The notes beneath the pieces are model-generated. The model saw only the letters and a program-made list of their open reading frames with translations. It was not told the origin of the DNA and ran no database searches. Positions 62,701 to 64,000 of a stretch of DNA of 64,000 bases are shown here, in pieces. The DNA comes from Camelus ferus (taxonomy: Eukaryota), in contig NC_045697.1 in the NCBI RefSeq assembly GCF_009834535.1, positions 98,706,001-98,770,000 on the forward strand, in the 5' to 3' direction. Numbering within the stretch: the stretch's first letter is position 1; each line of letters starts with the position of its first letter. Position numbers and translations under genes: made by a program.

Positions 62701-63409
62701 CCCTGTCTTTAATATTTTTAATTTGCCATTAGCCCAAAGAGCCCTTCAACCATTAATGTAATACTTTTGAAGTAGAAAGGATTTAGATACTAGGGCAAAG
62801 GCAGTAAACGCTGCTTCTCAGGCCTTGAAGTACTGAATTTTCAAATGACAGCACGCTGAGAAGAACAAGGGACAGATCTGTATTGAAGTAAGATGTACAT
62901 CTGGTTATCAGACCAAATGGATAGTGCAGAGTTTTTTGAGGGTAAAATTTTCAAATGGCAACAGTAGTTTTTCTCTAGGTGGTCTGGATATCTTGAAAGG
63001 AGATTAATGAATAGTTCACAGGAGTGTGGTATATATGCAGTTGACTTTGTGGAACCCTCTCCCCACAAAAACATCTTAGCCAGGATCCTGTTTTCCAGAA
63101 GTAAGTTTTGTGGATAAGGTAAATAAATGGTATAAGGGATGAAAAAAAAAAATGGGATAAGAAAGCAGGAGTCTTTTTCTATGTAGGTATATTAGTTGTT
63201 TCTAATTCTTCCAGGAAAAACATTTCAAAAGATCTGATTTGAGAATAAGAGAGAATAAAAATTAAAAGAAATATACATATATTTGTCAGAGCCTTAGGCC
63301 ATATGCTAGGTAACAAACACTGTTTTTTTTTTTAATTTTAGAACTTATAAAGTTGACATCCATCAGAAATGATAGTATTATGAAGGTAGCATATGAAAAA
63401 ACCTTGAAG

Positions 63410-64000
63410 TGTTACAAAGAGATAAAATGTTCCTTTAAAAATGTCCTCACAGATAACAAATGAGCTTTGAAAGGAATATGGCCTCACTTAGCCAAATATA
63501 ACTCAAAGCCTCCAAAGATTAGCCCAAGAAAGCAAACTTCCAGATTGGGAAGGGCTTCTGATTTACCTGCCACTACTCGGAGAAGGTAGTCTTCCCTGTG
63601 ACCTCACCTTGAGTATCACTCCTGCCAGCTCACTGGGCCATAAAGGGTGCACCCCCACTTAAGACTCTTCTTTTACTCCCCATTCCAATCTTGTCACTTG
63701 TGAGGCTCTCTAGCTTTTCCTTCTGTTCTCATCAACTTTCATTCCTGTTCAGAACCCTTATTGTTCAACCTCGAGGGGAGGTCTTTGGGGTTTGAGCAGC
63801 TTGGTGAACCGACTCATTCTCTTGACAACCAGGCCCTGGTCCTGCCCCCAGTAGCCGTGCTTGTACCATGTGACTTTGCTCTCTTTGGCTCTCATTGGCT
63901 CTCATTGACTGATTTATCAGCAAGGTACACCCCACCTAAATTGGACCTATCATATATGTTCTTTCAGGAATTTGGAATTGGGACCAACAGGCCACCTACG
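63410..64000. mobile_element. Probable LTR sequence (TG...CA unit at ~63410-63827, then an LTR16-like fragment)
   Basis: tgtta...cttgaca boundaries; caggaatttggaattgggac motif recalled from the LTR16 family. Confidence 0.4.

Noticed and set aside
1..64000. CRISPR arrays, operons, intact transposases or ERV gag/pol/env, processed pseudogenes
   Set aside because: None seen. All retroelement coding remnants are heavily disrupted and the sequence is ordinary mammalian intron and promoter DNA.

Overview
Mammalian genomic DNA, most likely a camelid (camel, alpaca or llama) judging by eight copies of a young tRNA-derived, Vic-1-like SINE and the L1 3' ends. The window holds the 5' half of ELF2 (E74-like ETS factor 2, NERF) on the minus strand. 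A CpG-island promoter and non-coding exon 1 lie at ~54.3-56.9 kb (donor at 55090). They are followed by an 85/88-nt 5'UTR exon with a TAGTAG tandem acceptor (35117-35204), a 239-nt exon with the start codon (33597-33835) and a 166-nt coding exon (20017-20182). The remaining exons, including the ETS domain, lie left of position 1. The rest is intronic or upstream sequence rich in L1, L2, MIR, MaLR/ERVL LTRs, hAT/TcMar MITEs and SINEs. I found no prokaryotic-type or wholly new genetic system. The most interesting signals are regulatory: a spliced 30-codon hydrophobic uORF plus further uORFs, a NAGNAG acceptor that toggles a stop codon in a Kozak-ATT frame, an exon 2-4 circRNA architecture, and tandem kappaB sites upstream. 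Repeat boundaries are approximate, and subfamily names come from recall rather than a database search.
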